Source: an uncultured Candidatus Micrarchaeota archaeon (GTDB lineage Archaea; Micrarchaeota; Micrarchaeia; Micrarchaeales; Micrarchaeaceae). From it: a stretch of 64,000 nucleotides of DNA. Both the position numbers and the translations under genes were made by a program. Under the pieces are notes generated by a model. That model searched no databases and was not told the origin of the DNA. It worked only from the letters and a program-made list of their open reading frames with translations. This document shows positions 37,874 through 48,551 of this stretch, piece by piece (position 1 is the stretch's first letter; each line of letters begins with the position of its first letter). The DNA lies in assembly GCA_963741095.1 (NCBI GenBank), contig CAVUGN010000004.1:53190-117189 (forward strand), written 5' to 3'.

Positions 37874-38758
37874 TTGAGTTCGCTGATAGACAAGCTTGTT
37901 GATCCTATTCTGGAGCGCTACGGCGTGCCCGCATGGGTGAAGCCTTACGTGATAAAGTACGTCAAGAAAAATCCTGCAAACACGGTCAAGTTTGCTGCGA
38001 GCTTCATAGACGTCAAGCGGAAGAAGGGAGAGATAACCAGCGAGTACATCAGGCTGCCAAACGGCCTTAAATTCAGGAAGGACCACATACTGCACCTGCT
38101 AAACATCGTTTTCTACGCCGAGGAGAGCATGTCCCGCATAGCCGAGATGTGGTCTAGCAAGGGCGCCGACAACGGCCACAATTACACTGCGCATTTCAAG
38201 GAGATGCAGGCAAAGGATTCAAGCCACGCTAGGGCGATAAAGAATCTCATAGAAGGCCTCGGGAGGAAGCCTGAGAAGCCGCAGCAGGAGATAGTCGAGG
38301 TGTTCAACTATGTAGCAAACCTCGATTCCTGGTACGATCGCATACTCGCCACGGAACTGATACTGAGGGATTCTTACGCAAGGACCTTCGGCCTGATATT
38401 CTACAAGGTCTTCTACCCGGTCTCGCCGGAATTCATGCGTTCGTTCGGCAAGACCTTCTCTGTCGCAGAACTGGAATCATTATGGGGCATGTCAGAAGCA
38501 AGAAAGATAATAGAGACGCAGCTGGTTTCCGATGAGCACATCGTGGAGCTTACGCGCGAGATACTCATAAGGATACAGAAGTCAGTCGATGCGAACATGC
38601 GGCTTGCAAAGGCCTCTGGAATAGAGAACGAGGCGAGGCTGCTCTCGGACATAGCGATAGCCTATCCATTGCAGGCTCTCTCAAAGATGGGCGTCAAGGT
38701 GAACGTGGGCAAGGAGATAAACCGCATCAAGAAGGGCGCAGCGAAGCTGAAGTACTGA
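37874..38758 (+). CDS. Ferritin-like helical protein (divergent)
   Basis: YAEE...DSSHARAI..LI..LG pattern resembles a ferritin-like four-helix bundle; TTG start. Confidence 0.5.
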   Translation: MSSLIDKLVDPILERYGVPAWVKPYVIKYVKKNPANTVKFAASFIDVKRKKGEITSEYIRLPNGLKFRKDHILHLLNIVFYAEESMSRIAEMWSSKGADNGHNYTAHFKEMQAKDSSHARAIKNLIEGLGRKPEKPQQEIVEVFNYVANLDSWYDRILATELILRDSYARTFGLIFYKVFYPVSPEFMRSFGKTFSVAELESLWGMSEARKIIETQLVSDEHIVELTREILIRIQKSVDANMRLAKASGIENEARLLSDIAIAYPLQALSKMGVKVNVGKEINRIKKGAAKLKY

Positions 38759-38842
38759 GACTGCGATAGGTATATAATCTTTGATTCACAAATTATACTT
38801 TAGCAGGAGCCGCAATAGTGCTTGAAGGGAATCAGTGATACA

Positions 38843-39145
38843 ATGGACAATGATGGAGTCGCAAGGACAGAAAGGCCGGAGAACGTGGTGTACATAGGCA
38901 AGAAGCCGACCATGAACTACGTGCTGGCGGTAGTCACTCAGTTCAACAGCGGCATGCAAGAAGTTACGATAAAAGCGAGAGGCAACGCCATATCCCGGGC
39001 GGTCGACGTAAAGGAGATAGTCCTGAACAGGTTCATGCCCAATCTGAAGGAGCGAAGCATGACGACCTCTTCGGAAGAGATGACGAACGAGGACGGGTCC
39101 AAATCGAAAGTAAGCGCGATGCAGATAGTCCTTTACAAACCATAA
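38843..39145 (+). CDS. albA: DNA/RNA-binding protein Alba
   Basis: [39 protein letters not shown]. Confidence 0.96.
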   Translation: MDNDGVARTERPENVVYIGKKPTMNYVLAVVTQFNSGMQEVTIKARGNAISRAVDVKEIVLNRFMPNLKERSMTTSSEEMTNEDGSKSKVSAMQIVLYKP

Positions 39146-39194
39146 ACTGATCCTGAAAATTTTCTGAAGAATTAGCAATGCTTAGTCGTTGCAA

Positions 39195-40412
39195 TCAGGC
39201 GACCTGTCCGAAACCAGTAAGCCTCCACCTGTGCGCGAGGCTTCTCATGACTGCTATTTTCGCGCCCTTGTCAACGCATATCGGGTGCTTCAATTCCACT
39301 TCAAGCGTGTCCCTCTTCACCTTTTTGATGTAGCCCAGCACGGTTGCTGTGCCTGCTCCCAGTATGAGTGGCTCGTTCTCAACGAACTGCTGCTTAGGTA
39401 TGTCGTTCCTGTCGAGCTTGTGATACTCCATCTTGAGGTCACTCGTGACCGGCGGCAGTTTACCAACGTGTCCTATCAAATTTCCGACAAGCCCGTCCGC
39501 CTTCGTGAAAGTTGGATCCAGCTCCGTTGACACTCCGACAAGCCCTCCCGGCTGCGCCTCCTCAAGCTTGTAAGAGCCATTGCTCATCTCCTTTATCACA
39601 GTGACAACGTGCTCGTAAACATCCTTCTTCGCCTTTGTGCCTATCTTTATGCCCGGCCTCACCTCCACCTGATCGCCGGTCTTGAATATCCCCTTCACTA
39701 CCGCACCTCCTAGCACTCCGCCGACTATCTTCGTGCCGTCTATTCCCGGTTTGTTGACGTCGAAAGACCTCACGACGTACATCAAAGGATCAGAAGCAAG
39801 GTCGCGCTGCGGCCTCGGCATGTTCGCTATCTTCTCGAGTATGACATTGACGTTTATGCCCAGGTTGGGCATGACCGGCACTATCGGAGCGTTCTCTATG
39901 GTGCTGCCCTTCACGAAGTCGCGTATCTGCTGTGCGTGCTTCAACGCCGCCTCTTTTCCAACTATATCAACCTTTGTCTGTGCAATTATGACATTCTTGA
40001 TGCCGAGTATGTTGATTATCATCAGGTGCTCTTTCGTCTGCTGCATCGGGCACGGCTCGTTCGCCGCTATGACGAAAAGAATCCCGTCTATGACGCTTGA
40101 ACCTGCTATAGCGGTGGCCATGAGGGTCTCGTGGCCCGGCGCGTCAAGCAGCGATATGCGCATCAATGGCTTCGGAACGCCTCCGCAGCCCTCGCACTTG
40201 TCACCCGTGGTGTAGGCCTTCGCGCCCTCGCATTTCTCGCACTTCTTTATTACCGCGTCGGCGTAGCCGAGCTTTATCGTCATATTGCGCTTTATGCTCT
40301 CGCTGTGCCTGTCGGTCCAGGTGCCCGTTATCGCCCTGGTGAGCGAGGTCTTGCCGTGGTCTATGTGCCCGAGCGTGCCTATGTTCAGCACGCTCTGCTT
40401 GGTTTCATCCAT
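39195..40412 (-). CDS. eif2g: Translation initiation factor 2 gamma subunit
   Basis: GHIDHGKT, TIKLGYA, CxxC zinc knuckle, DAPGHE, RSFDVNKPG, WRLTGFG. Confidence 0.96.
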   Translation of the reverse strand: MDETKQSVLNIGTLGHIDHGKTSLTRAITGTWTDRHSESIKRNMTIKLGYADAVIKKCEKCEGAKAYTTGDKCEGCGGVPKPLMRISLLDAPGHETLMATAIAGSSVIDGILFVIAANEPCPMQQTKEHLMIINILGIKNVIIAQTKVDIVGKEAALKHAQQIRDFVKGSTIENAPIVPVMPNLGINVNVILEKIANMPRPQRDLASDPLMYVVRSFDVNKPGIDGTKIVGGVLGGAVVKGIFKTGDQVEVRPGIKIGTKAKKDVYEHVVTVIKEMSNGSYKLEEAQPGGLVGVSTELDPTFTKADGLVGNLIGHVGKLPPVTSDLKMEYHKLDRNDIPKQQFVENEPLILGAGTATVLGYIKKVKRDTLEVELKHPICVDKGAKIAVMRSLAHRWRLTGFGQVA

Positions 40413-40421
40413 GATAAACAT

Positions 40422-40820
40422 TTATTTTGCGGCTTCCGCTGCTGCCTCCTTCTTCTTCTCCGGGAACAGCTCGCTGACCGGCGTGGATCCGTACTCGACT
40501 ATCATGGTGTTGACCTGCACCGTGTCGCTGCTTATGGTCGAGCCCCGCACGGTGAGCCTTTCGTGCATGCCGTTATTCCTGCCCGAAGTGGCGACCTTCC
40601 TCAGCACGCTTGTCTTTATCGCGCCGCCTATGCCCTTCATCAAGGGAAAACCGCTGTTGTCGCTGCCTCCTGTTATCTTGAGCTTGTAGCCCGGCAGGCC
40701 GATAGTGTCCCCTTCTATGATATCATTTATCTTGCTGTTCAGCAATGCCACTGCCTTGTCTCCTTCCACAACGAGCTGCGCGCTCTTTCCAGTCTTCGGG
40801 TCTGAATAAACTATTTTCAT
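40422..40820 (-). CDS. rps6e: 30S ribosomal protein eS6
   Basis: SDPKTGK, GLPGYKLKITGGSDNSGFP, VRG; conserved position before eif2g. Confidence 0.95.
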   Translation of the reverse strand: MKIVYSDPKTGKSAQLVVEGDKAVALLNSKINDIIEGDTIGLPGYKLKITGGSDNSGFPLMKGIGGAIKTSVLRKVATSGRNNGMHERLTVRGSTISSDTVQVNTMIVEYGSTPVSELFPEKKKEAAAEAAK

Positions 40821-40829
40821 CGTTTCACC

Positions 40830-42989
40830 TCATCTGTACATGTTCTCCGGCTCGTCCTTGAACCTCCTTATCCTGTCTGCAAGTTCCTGCGGTATCGCCG
40901 GCTTCACCTCTACAAGTGCAAAATTGAAATCCTTCTTCGTGACCTCGGTCCTGCTCTCCCTTATCGCGCACATCCCCGCCTCCCTTATCACGTTCTCTAT
41001 CTCCGCGCCCGTGTATCCTTCCGTCTCCTTCGCGAGCTCGTCTATGCTGACGTCCTTCGCGAGAGGCATGCGCTTCGTGTGCACCTTGAATATCGCATTC
41101 CTCGTCTCCTCGTCCGGTATCGGTATCTCTATTATCTTGTCGAACCTGCCCGGCCGCATCAACGCGGGATCTATCATGTCCGGCCTGTTCGTCGCCGCGA
41201 GCACAATCACGTTCTTCATCTCCTGGAGGCCGTCCATCTCCGTCAGCAGCGTGTCCACGACGCGCTCTATGGCCATCGAGTCTCCGGTGTAATCGCTGTC
41301 CCTCGTAGAGGCCATCGCGTCTATCTCGTCTATGAATATTATGCACGGCGCGGCCATCTTCGCCTTCCTGAATATCTCCCTCACCGACTTCTCGCTCTCG
41401 CCGACGTACTTGCTTATCAGCTCCGGCCCCTTTATCGATATGAAGTTCGATTCCCTCTCTGTCGCGACCGCCTTCGCGAGCATGGTCTTGCCCGTGCCCG
41501 GAGCCCCGACAAGAAGGATTCCCCTGACCGGCCTTATGCCTATCCTCTCGAACGCCTCCGGATTCTTTATCGGCATCTCCACGGCCTCTTTCAATTGGGC
41601 CTTGACCCCTTCAAGGCCGCCGACATCCTCCCAGTGTATGTTCGGCCTTTCGACGAAGACCTCCCTCAGCGCGCTCGGCTGTATCGATGCCAGCGCTTCC
41701 AGGAAATCGGCTCTTGAAACATTAAGGCTCAGCAGTATCTCGTTCGGCACGGACCTCTTGTCCACGATTTTCGGCAGTATGTGCCTGAGCTCCGCCATCG
41801 CCGCCTCCCTAGCGAGCGCGGCTATGTCCGCTCCTGTGTATCCGTGCGTCAAGTCGGCAAGCTCATCCATCTTGACGTCCTTCGCCAAGGGCATGTTCCT
41901 GCTGTGTATCTGCAATATCTCCTTTCTCGAGTTCCTGTCCGGCACTCCTATCTCGATCTCGCGGTCGAACCTTCCCGGCCTCCTGAGCGCGGGGTCTATC
42001 GCGTTGGGCCTGTTGGTCGCGCCTATTATTATGACCTGGCCCCTGGAGGCCATGCCGTCCATGAGCGTCAGCAACTGCGATACCATCCTCCGCTCGACCT
42101 CGTTCGTCGCCTCCTCGCGCTTTGGCGCTATCGCGTCTATCTCATCCATGAATATTATCGTAGGGGCCTTCTCCTTCGCCTCGTTGAATATCTCCCTCAG
42201 TTTTTCCTCGCTCTCGCCGACGAACTTGCTCACCAGTTCCGGCCCGGATATGTCTATGAAATGCGCGTCGCTTTCGTTCGCCACTGCCTTCGCGAGCAAC
42301 GTCTTTCCGGTTCCCGGAGCGCCGAAGAGGAGCACGCCTTTCGGCGGATCTATCCCCAATCTCTCGAAAAGCTCCGGATACCTTATCGGAAGCTCCACCA
42401 TCTCCCTTATCTTCTGTATCTCGGTCTTGAGGCCGCCTATGTCCTCGTAGTGGACCTCCCCTATCTTGACGAGCGATTCCGAGGCCGGCTCGGTCTTGAC
42501 CACGACCTCGGTGGTCTTTGCGACCTTGACGATCCCGTGCGGGACCACCTGCACTACCACGAAATTGAATGCGTAGCCGAACATGGCTATCGGGACGACG
42601 TCGCCCTTCTCGAGCGGTTTGTCCTCCAGTCTGCTCTTAGCGTAATTGGAGAAATCCGGAGACAACGGGGCTCTCTGGTTGGGTGGTGGAGCGAGTATGA
42701 CCTTCTCGGCGATTTTGACGTCAGCCTTCGAGACAAAGACCCTGTCGCCTATGCCCACCCCTATGTTCTGCCTGATATAACCGTCTATCCTGACGAAATC
42801 GAGGCCCTCGTCGTCCTGCTTTGCCTGCAGCACTATCGCGGCGGTCGACTTCCTCTTGCCCTTTATCTCTATGACGTCCCCCGATATGACGTTCAGCATC
42901 TTCCTTGCCTTCGAGTCGACCCTGGCGATGCCTCTGCCGTCGTCTGTGACGAGCGCACCCGCAACCGTCAATTCTATACCATCAGGCAA
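40830..42989 (-). CDS. cdc48: Cdc48/VAT AAA+ ATPase
   Basis: N domain plus two AAA modules (GAPGTGKT twice, DEID twice, RPGRFD twice) and a C-terminal MYR HbYX-like motif; TTG start. Confidence 0.96.
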   Translation of the reverse strand: MPDGIELTVAGALVTDDGRGIARVDSKARKMLNVISGDVIEIKGKRKSTAAIVLQAKQDDEGLDFVRIDGYIRQNIGVGIGDRVFVSKADVKIAEKVILAPPPNQRAPLSPDFSNYAKSRLEDKPLEKGDVVPIAMFGYAFNFVVVQVVPHGIVKVAKTTEVVVKTEPASESLVKIGEVHYEDIGGLKTEIQKIREMVELPIRYPELFERLGIDPPKGVLLFGAPGTGKTLLAKAVANESDAHFIDISGPELVSKFVGESEEKLREIFNEAKEKAPTIIFMDEIDAIAPKREEATNEVERRMVSQLLTLMDGMASRGQVIIIGATNRPNAIDPALRRPGRFDREIEIGVPDRNSRKEILQIHSRNMPLAKDVKMDELADLTHGYTGADIAALAREAAMAELRHILPKIVDKRSVPNEILLSLNVSRADFLEALASIQPSALREVFVERPNIHWEDVGGLEGVKAQLKEAVEMPIKNPEAFERIGIRPVRGILLVGAPGTGKTMLAKAVATERESNFISIKGPELISKYVGESEKSVREIFRKAKMAAPCIIFIDEIDAMASTRDSDYTGDSMAIERVVDTLLTEMDGLQEMKNVIVLAATNRPDMIDPALMRPGRFDKIIEIPIPDEETRNAIFKVHTKRMPLAKDVSIDELAKETEGYTGAEIENVIREAGMCAIRESRTEVTKKDFNFALVEVKPAIPQELADRIRRFKDEPENMYR

Positions 42990-43120
42990 TCAAATCACAC
43001 CAGAACTTAGCTTGTGCTGAGCAATCGACAGCACAAATAATGTATTAGTATTAGTGTTATCAGCGATTATATACCTTTCCATCTCTAGCCTAGGAGAAGC
43101 AGGAAGGACGAGCCCGGAGC

Positions 43121-43237
43121 TCATTCCTCCATGTCTTCGTCATCGTCGAGATCATCGTCTTCGTCGTCCTCATCCTCGTCTTCGTCTGTGTCGTCCTCGG
43201 CTATGGTCTTTATCTTCAGTTCATCTATGTTGGTCAT
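43121..43237 (-). CDS. 38-aa hyperacidic microprotein
   Basis: Below the ORF-track cutoff: MTNIDELKIKTIAEDDTDEDEDEDDEDDDLDDDEDMEE; GTGA RBS-like site and TATA-like element upstream; mixed GAC/GAT/GAA/GAG codons. Confidence 0.65.
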   Translation of the reverse strand: MTNIDELKIKTIAEDDTDEDEDEDDEDDDLDDDEDMEE

Positions 43238-43432
43238 TGCTTTCACGATTAAGTCCTGTTTGCCATTCCGGCAATTGAACATCTAACGATTTATACCAGT
43301 CCTATTTAAATAACTTTCCGTCGCAGCACCAGAACGGTTATATATTACCTAGAATAGAGGTACTGCAACCGAACATGCGCCAGCCCGAAGTCCAAGTTCG
43401 GCGCGGGCGAATGACGATCAAACGTGTATAAA

Positions 43433-43882
43433 ATGATCTCTCAAAAAGGACCTGCCGAAAAAGGGCCTGTTGACCGGGTTGTGTTCGTGGAACCTTCCTA
43501 TACGCCAAAAGGCCTGGCATTGCGGGCCGATGAGAAGTCGTTGCAGCAAGGCATCGTGGTGCGGCGAATCGAAGCCGAGGCGATGAGGGACCTGAAAGCG
43601 GCTAGACTGGCCGCGATGAAAGAGCACAGCATCGACACCAAAGCGCTTCTGGACGGCGACGCCGAGGAGTACAGGAAAGACAGGGAGTTCATCAATCCGT
43701 TAATGATGCGGTACAACAAGATTTGGCTGCACGCCGCCATGAGGCGAGTTGTCGTGAACCACAATCTGCACGCGCCGTTCGTCAAATTCAGGGATAACGT
43801 GGCGCACGAGTACGGGACCATACTGGAGACGAACCAGGTCAAGCTTTATTGGGGAAAATCGTTAGGCAGTGTCGAGCTGTGA
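43433..43882 (+). CDS. Hypothetical protein
   Basis: ~149-aa ORF after a TTATATA promoter-like element; no family recognised. Confidence 0.65.
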   Translation: MISQKGPAEKGPVDRVVFVEPSYTPKGLALRADEKSLQQGIVVRRIEAEAMRDLKAARLAAMKEHSIDTKALLDGDAEEYRKDREFINPLMMRYNKIWLHAAMRRVVVNHNLHAPFVKFRDNVAHEYGTILETNQVKLYWGKSLGSVEL

Positions 43883-44067
43883 CCGGATTCGGGTCCGTGC
43901 TCGCCAAAACCTGCACCGCCGACAGCAAAGACGGCTCATCAAGGCATAGTTTTTTATACCTTGAACATCATAAAACTAGAGAGTACAATTCAGGTTGTCG
44001 CCTTTTAAGCACAGCAGGAATAGCTCTTGTTAAGCATAGTCATATTTAAACAAAAACAGTGAAATCC

Positions 44068-45339
44068 ATGGCAGAAAAACCACACCTGAATTTGATCATC
44101 ATAGGTCACGTTGACAACGGAAAGTCAACAACGGTAGGCAGGCTGCTCTACGCGACGGGCGTATTGACGGACAGGGATATGGCAAGGTACAAAGAGCTTA
44201 CCGCTCAGTACAACCGACCCACGTTCGAGTTCGCATTCGTCATGGACCAGCTCAAGGAAGAGAGGGAGCGCGGTATAACCATAGACATAATGCACAAGGA
44301 GTTCCAGACGCCGAAGTACTACTTCACAATCATAGACGCGCCAGGTCATAGGGACTTCGTCAAGAACATGATAACCGGAGCAAGCCAGGCAGACGCAGCG
44401 GTGCTCGTAGTGGCTACGGACGAAGGGATAAAGCCGCAGACGAGGGAGCACGCGATACTGGCCAGCGTTTTGGGGATAAAGCAGATGATCGTCGGGATCA
44501 ACAAGATAGACAAGGTCGAATACAACCAGGCAAAGTTCGAAGCCCTGAAGAAGGAGGTGTCGGACTTCCTGAAGACCCTGGGCTTCAAGACCGATTCGAT
44601 GCTGTTCATACCGTACTCGGCGCTTTACGGCGACAACGTCTCCGCGAAGTCCGACAAGATGCCGTGGTACACCGGAATGACGCTTCTGGAATCGCTGGAT
44701 TCGCTCACAGTGCCGATAAAGCCGACAGACAAGGCATTGAGGCTTCCGGTGCAGGACGTCTTCAGCATCTCCGGATTCGGCACAGTGCCGGTAGGGAGAG
44801 TCGAGACCGGAATCCTGAAGGTCGGAGAGACCGTGATCGTGATGCCGAGCGGCGTCAAGGCCGAAGTCAAGAGCATCGAGATGCACCACCAGGCTATGCA
44901 GAAAGCAGAACCTGGAGACAACATAGGCTTCAACATAAAGGGCATAGACAGGAAGGACATCAAGAGGGGAGACGTGATCGGCCCGACCAACAATCCGCCG
45001 ACAGTCGCCGAGGACTTCACCGCCCAGGTCATAGTGCTAAAGCACCCGAACGTGATAACAAAGGGCTACACGCCTGTGTTCCACATACACACCGCGCAGA
45101 TCGCCTGCACGTTCGCCGAGCTTCTTGAGAAGAAGGATCCGAAGACCGGAGCCACTCTCGAGAAGAACCCGGAGACCATAAAGACGGGGGACATAGCGAT
45201 AGTGAAGATAAAGCCTACGAAGCCGATAGCCCTGGAGAAGTTCAGCGACTTCCCGCAACTGGGGAGGTTCGCGATAAGGGATATGGGCGAGACCATAGGC
45301 GCAGGCGTGATCCTGGACGTGACCCCGAGGAAGCAGTGA
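44068..45339 (+). CDS. tuf: Elongation factor 1-alpha
   Basis: [38 protein letters not shown]. Confidence 0.98.
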   Translation: MAEKPHLNLIIIGHVDNGKSTTVGRLLYATGVLTDRDMARYKELTAQYNRPTFEFAFVMDQLKEERERGITIDIMHKEFQTPKYYFTIIDAPGHRDFVKNMITGASQADAAVLVVATDEGIKPQTREHAILASVLGIKQMIVGINKIDKVEYNQAKFEALKKEVSDFLKTLGFKTDSMLFIPYSALYGDNVSAKSDKMPWYTGMTLLESLDSLTVPIKPTDKALRLPVQDVFSISGFGTVPVGRVETGILKVGETVIVMPSGVKAEVKSIEMHHQAMQKAEPGDNIGFNIKGIDRKDIKRGDVIGPTNNPPTVAEDFTAQVIVLKHPNVITKGYTPVFHIHTAQIACTFAELLEKKDPKTGATLEKNPETIKTGDIAIVKIKPTKPIALEKFSDFPQLGRFAIRDMGETIGAGVILDVTPRKQ

Positions 45340-45343
45340 TGTC

Positions 45344-45652
45344 TTGACATCCGCTGTTATAAAGCTCGAGGGGGTCGCTGCCGGTGACATCGACAGCATC
45401 GCCAAGCAGATAAAGTCGATAGCAACCACGATAAACATAAAGTCCCGTGGTCCTATCCCTCTTCCTACCCACAGGATATCGCAGACCACGAGGAAGGCAC
45501 CGGGCGGGGACGGCAGCAAGACCTACGAGAAGTGGGAGCTCCGGATCCACAAGAGGCTCATGGTCATAGAGGGTAGCGAGCAGGCGCTCAGGCAGATAAT
45601 GCGCATACCCGTCCCTGACACAGTGCAGATCGAGATAAGCCTCGTCGGTTAA
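45344..45652 (+). CDS. rpsJ: 30S ribosomal protein uS10
   Basis: GPIPLPT, RKAPGGDG, WELRIHKRL; follows tuf; TTG start. Confidence 0.95.
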   Translation: MTSAVIKLEGVAAGDIDSIAKQIKSIATTINIKSRGPIPLPTHRISQTTRKAPGGDGSKTYEKWELRIHKRLMVIEGSEQALRQIMRIPVPDTVQIEISLVG

Positions 45653-45662
45653 GCTTCACAGT

Positions 45663-45679
45663 CTTTTTCTTTTCTTTTT
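45663..45679 (+). terminator. Oligo-T terminator after tuf-rpsJ
   Basis: CTTTTTCTTTTCTTTTT tract shortly after the stop. Confidence 0.55.
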
Positions 45680-45790
45680 CCTCTGCTCAGCGCAGCGTCT
45701 GAAATGCCGAATTTACCTCGATACGACAATCGTCCATGCCACACCAAAAACCATATATATCTGGTGAAGGTCACTACATGGCGTGATTGA

Positions 45791-46576
45791 ATGACGACTA
45801 CTGATAAAACGGGTGCGGCATCGGCTAATACGAACATGCTGGGTTCGAGCATGGTCGGTACAAGTTCGGTCAGGAACTATTCGGATGCCAAAATCCTGGT
45901 CATAGGTCCGGGCCATGCGGTGTACGTGGGAAAAGAGGCTTCACAATCAAATTCGGATGAATATTAGAAAGGCGGGTTCAAGGGAGAAGCGCCTTACTAC
46001 ACCCAGCACGCTCTTGCGGCAATAGAGGAGGCTGGCAAAGGGCAGCATTTCCTTCTAGTGTTCTCTGGCGGACAGACCAGGGAAGCGGCCGGAGCGATGT
46101 CCGAAGCACAGAGCTACTGGTTTTTGGGCCAGCAATACAACTGGAACAACAAAGTGGGCATGGAGAAAATCGCAACGGTTGACGATTTCGCAAGGGATTC
46201 CTTCGAGAACGTGGCTTTCAGCGTAGGAAAATTTGCGATGGCTACGGGGAAGATGCCACTGGAAATAGTGATATGCGGTTGGGGGTTCAAGGAAGAGCGG
46301 TACAGGATGCATGCGGATGCTCTTGGGATAAGACAAGACCAACTGCACTACATAAACGTGAACAACCCTGAGGGCAGTGCCGCTGATGTTTCAAGCCCGT
46401 TGGGCGGTGCATTGAAAGGGGAGAAGAAAACCATAGCTGATTTCGTTGCAACGCCGTTCGGCAATAGCGGGATACTGCTGCAAAAGAAACTGCAGAGGGA
46501 CCCGTACATAAGGGGCGATGCTGCATACCGCTACTACAACCTAAACGAGCTGTTCCCGCTTCTGAGGCAGCAGTAG
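45791..46576 (+). pseudogene. DUF218-like protein interrupted by one in-frame TAG at 45965-45967
   Basis: ATG 45791 reads ...ILVIGPGHAVYVG...SDEY*KGGFKGE...LLVFSGGQT...SEAQSY...DFARDSFENV in a single frame; the track lists only the 3' part (46058-46576). Confidence 0.7.
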
Positions 46577-46598
46577 ATTAGCTCGCACCAGGGCAGAT

Positions 46599-47234
46599 TC
46601 AGATCAGGCCGAACCTGGTCTTTATCCCCCGCATAAGTCTCCTGTCGAGCGACTTGTCGTAGATGGTGTTTATCTCCAGCATCGTCGGGATCTCCTGGCC
46701 GATCGCGGCTTCGATCTTCGTCCGCATGCCGAACGGCTTGACTTTCACGTTGCCGTACTTCAGGCCCTTGACGATCTCACTGCCGATCATCTCTGTCGTG
46801 TAGCCCTTTGAATAGTACGTCTGCCCATAGTCGACGAAATACTGTTCTATCCGCACCTTGCTCAGGCCGAACCAGTAATGGAGTATGAACCACATGACCT
46901 TCGGGGGTCTTACGTTGTCGCAGAAGACCGTCACCGCGTCGCCGCCTTTCAGGTTTATGAACTTCTTGCAGAACTCTATGTTCTGCTTCGTGGTCAGGGA
47001 TTTCTCCTCGAGGATGACCCCCACATCCTTCTTCAGCAAAGGTTGCAGGTAATCGAATACCGACTCCGCTTCCGAGACCTTCGGATGCCTCTTGTCCGTG
47101 TAGCCCCCCGCGAGTATTATCGTGTCAACAGCGTTCTTGTTGACGAACGAGGCAAAATTATCCACATAGCTTTTGTAGGGCTTGTTGGAGCTGTCGAACC
47201 TCCCATAACCGAGCAAGATCGCGTATTTCGTCAT
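46599..47234 (-). CDS. DUF218 (YdcF/ElyC/SanA) family protein
   Basis: AILLGYG, IILAGG, SEAE, LEEKSLTTKQNI; ATG at 47234. Confidence 0.8.
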   Translation of the reverse strand: MTKYAILLGYGRFDSSNKPYKSYVDNFASFVNKNAVDTIILAGGYTDKRHPKVSEAESVFDYLQPLLKKDVGVILEEKSLTTKQNIEFCKKFINLKGGDAVTVFCDNVRPPKVMWFILHYWFGLSKVRIEQYFVDYGQTYYSKGYTTEMIGSEIVKGLKYGNVKVKPFGMRTKIEAAIGQEIPTMLEINTIYDKSLDRRLMRGIKTRFGLI

Positions 47235-47269
47235 CCTATCCCGGTCATGGGCTTCGTGTCCTTCGGCTA

Positions 47270-48466
47270 TCAGAACATCTTGTACTTGCCGCTGGTGAGC
47301 TCCCTGGTTATCGTGGATATGTTGCTGAGCCTCTCCTGCGCGATGTCCTTCACCTTGGAGTTTATTGCAGCCAGCTTCTGGCCCTTCTCCATTATGACAT
47401 CTATGGAAAGGTTCTTCGGGTCGTCTATCCTCCTGCCTATCTGCGAGACGATCGCGACGTTGCACTCCCTTATCGATGGGTACTGCTTGACTATGTCCTT
47501 CGCTATCTCGGTCGAGAGTATGCTGTATATCTTGCCGACGTGGTTGATCGGGTTCTTGCCCGCAGCAGCCTCGAGGGACATGTGCCTGAACGGCGTTATC
47601 AGCCCGTTCGTCCTGTTGCCCCTGCCGACCGATCCATCGTCTCCGGCCTCGCAGCTCAATCCAGTCTTTGTCAGATAGACATCCTCGTCCTCGTGCGAAT
47701 CGCCGGTGTTTATCGCCACCTCGATGTTCTTCTTCGTGTACTTCTTCGCCAACTGCTTGACGTCCTTCGCTACCGTCTCCTTTGCCTTGATGTACTCGTC
47801 TATGTTCTTGACGAGGTGCGATACGAACGCTATGGCTATCGTGAGCATTATGCCGTCGTGTTCCCTGACTCCCATGACCTTTATGTCCTCTCCGACCATG
47901 GGCATCTTCTTCTTGTACTCGCTGCTGTTCAGGAACGTCTCGGTCTCGAGCGTGAGCCTCTCGGTCTCAGTGAACGGCGCGAAGCCTATTCCGAACGACG
48001 TGTCGTTCGCGAGCGGCACTCCGTCGCCTCTAGAGAATATGCCGTTCAGGTCGCTGGACCCGCTGATTATCTTCGAAACTATCTTGACCTCCTTGTCCAC
48101 ATCGAGGAATCTCGTGTGCTTCCTGAGGTAAGAATCGGCAGTCCTTATCGCGATATCGTCGACCGGTATCTTCAGGTTCTTGTAATCGGTTGTCGCCCTT
48201 CCTGTGAGTATCACCTCTATCGGCCTCGTTATCTTTGCGGTCCCGAAGTTCGCCTCAGAGGCGCCCCCTATTATCAGCCCCTTGTCGACGTTGTGGTGCA
48301 GTATCTGCCCCGCAGATTCCATGTACGCCTTGCACAGCTCTAGGCTTATGCTCTCCACTATTCCGTCTATGAGGCTGTCGGGATGTCCGACGCCCTTCCT
48401 CTCGACGAACTCGATCGGCCGCTCAGCTACTGGTATAATGTCCCTCTCTTCAATTTCAATGCTCAT
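47270..48466 (-). CDS. mat: Archaeal-type S-adenosylmethionine synthetase
   Basis: VERKGVGHPD, HHNVDK, ANDTS, GEDIKVM, GDDGSVGRGNR, GKNPINHVGKIY. Confidence 0.96.
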   Translation of the reverse strand: MSIEIEERDIIPVAERPIEFVERKGVGHPDSLIDGIVESISLELCKAYMESAGQILHHNVDKGLIIGGASEANFGTAKITRPIEVILTGRATTDYKNLKIPVDDIAIRTADSYLRKHTRFLDVDKEVKIVSKIISGSSDLNGIFSRGDGVPLANDTSFGIGFAPFTETERLTLETETFLNSSEYKKKMPMVGEDIKVMGVREHDGIMLTIAIAFVSHLVKNIDEYIKAKETVAKDVKQLAKKYTKKNIEVAINTGDSHEDEDVYLTKTGLSCEAGDDGSVGRGNRTNGLITPFRHMSLEAAAGKNPINHVGKIYSILSTEIAKDIVKQYPSIRECNVAIVSQIGRRIDDPKNLSIDVIMEKGQKLAAINSKVKDIAQERLSNISTITRELTSGKYKMF

Positions 48467-48551
48467 GTCTGCACCCAATTATTATAAAAATGATGATTCT
48501 GAAGGTCTAAATTCATGCCTGCTGCAAAGATTTACCGGATTAAAATCTTTG

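Noticed and set aside
43375-43431. uORF MRQPEVQVRRGRMTIKRV resembling the GRMTLE motif
   Set aside because: Only four residues match, it is out of frame with the downstream gene, and the hydrophobic F-[VI]-R half is missing.
45965-45967. Genome-wide TAG recoding or pyrrolysine
   Set aside because: TAG terminates conserved genes at their expected ends (spt5, dnaG, padR); no pyl genes in the window.
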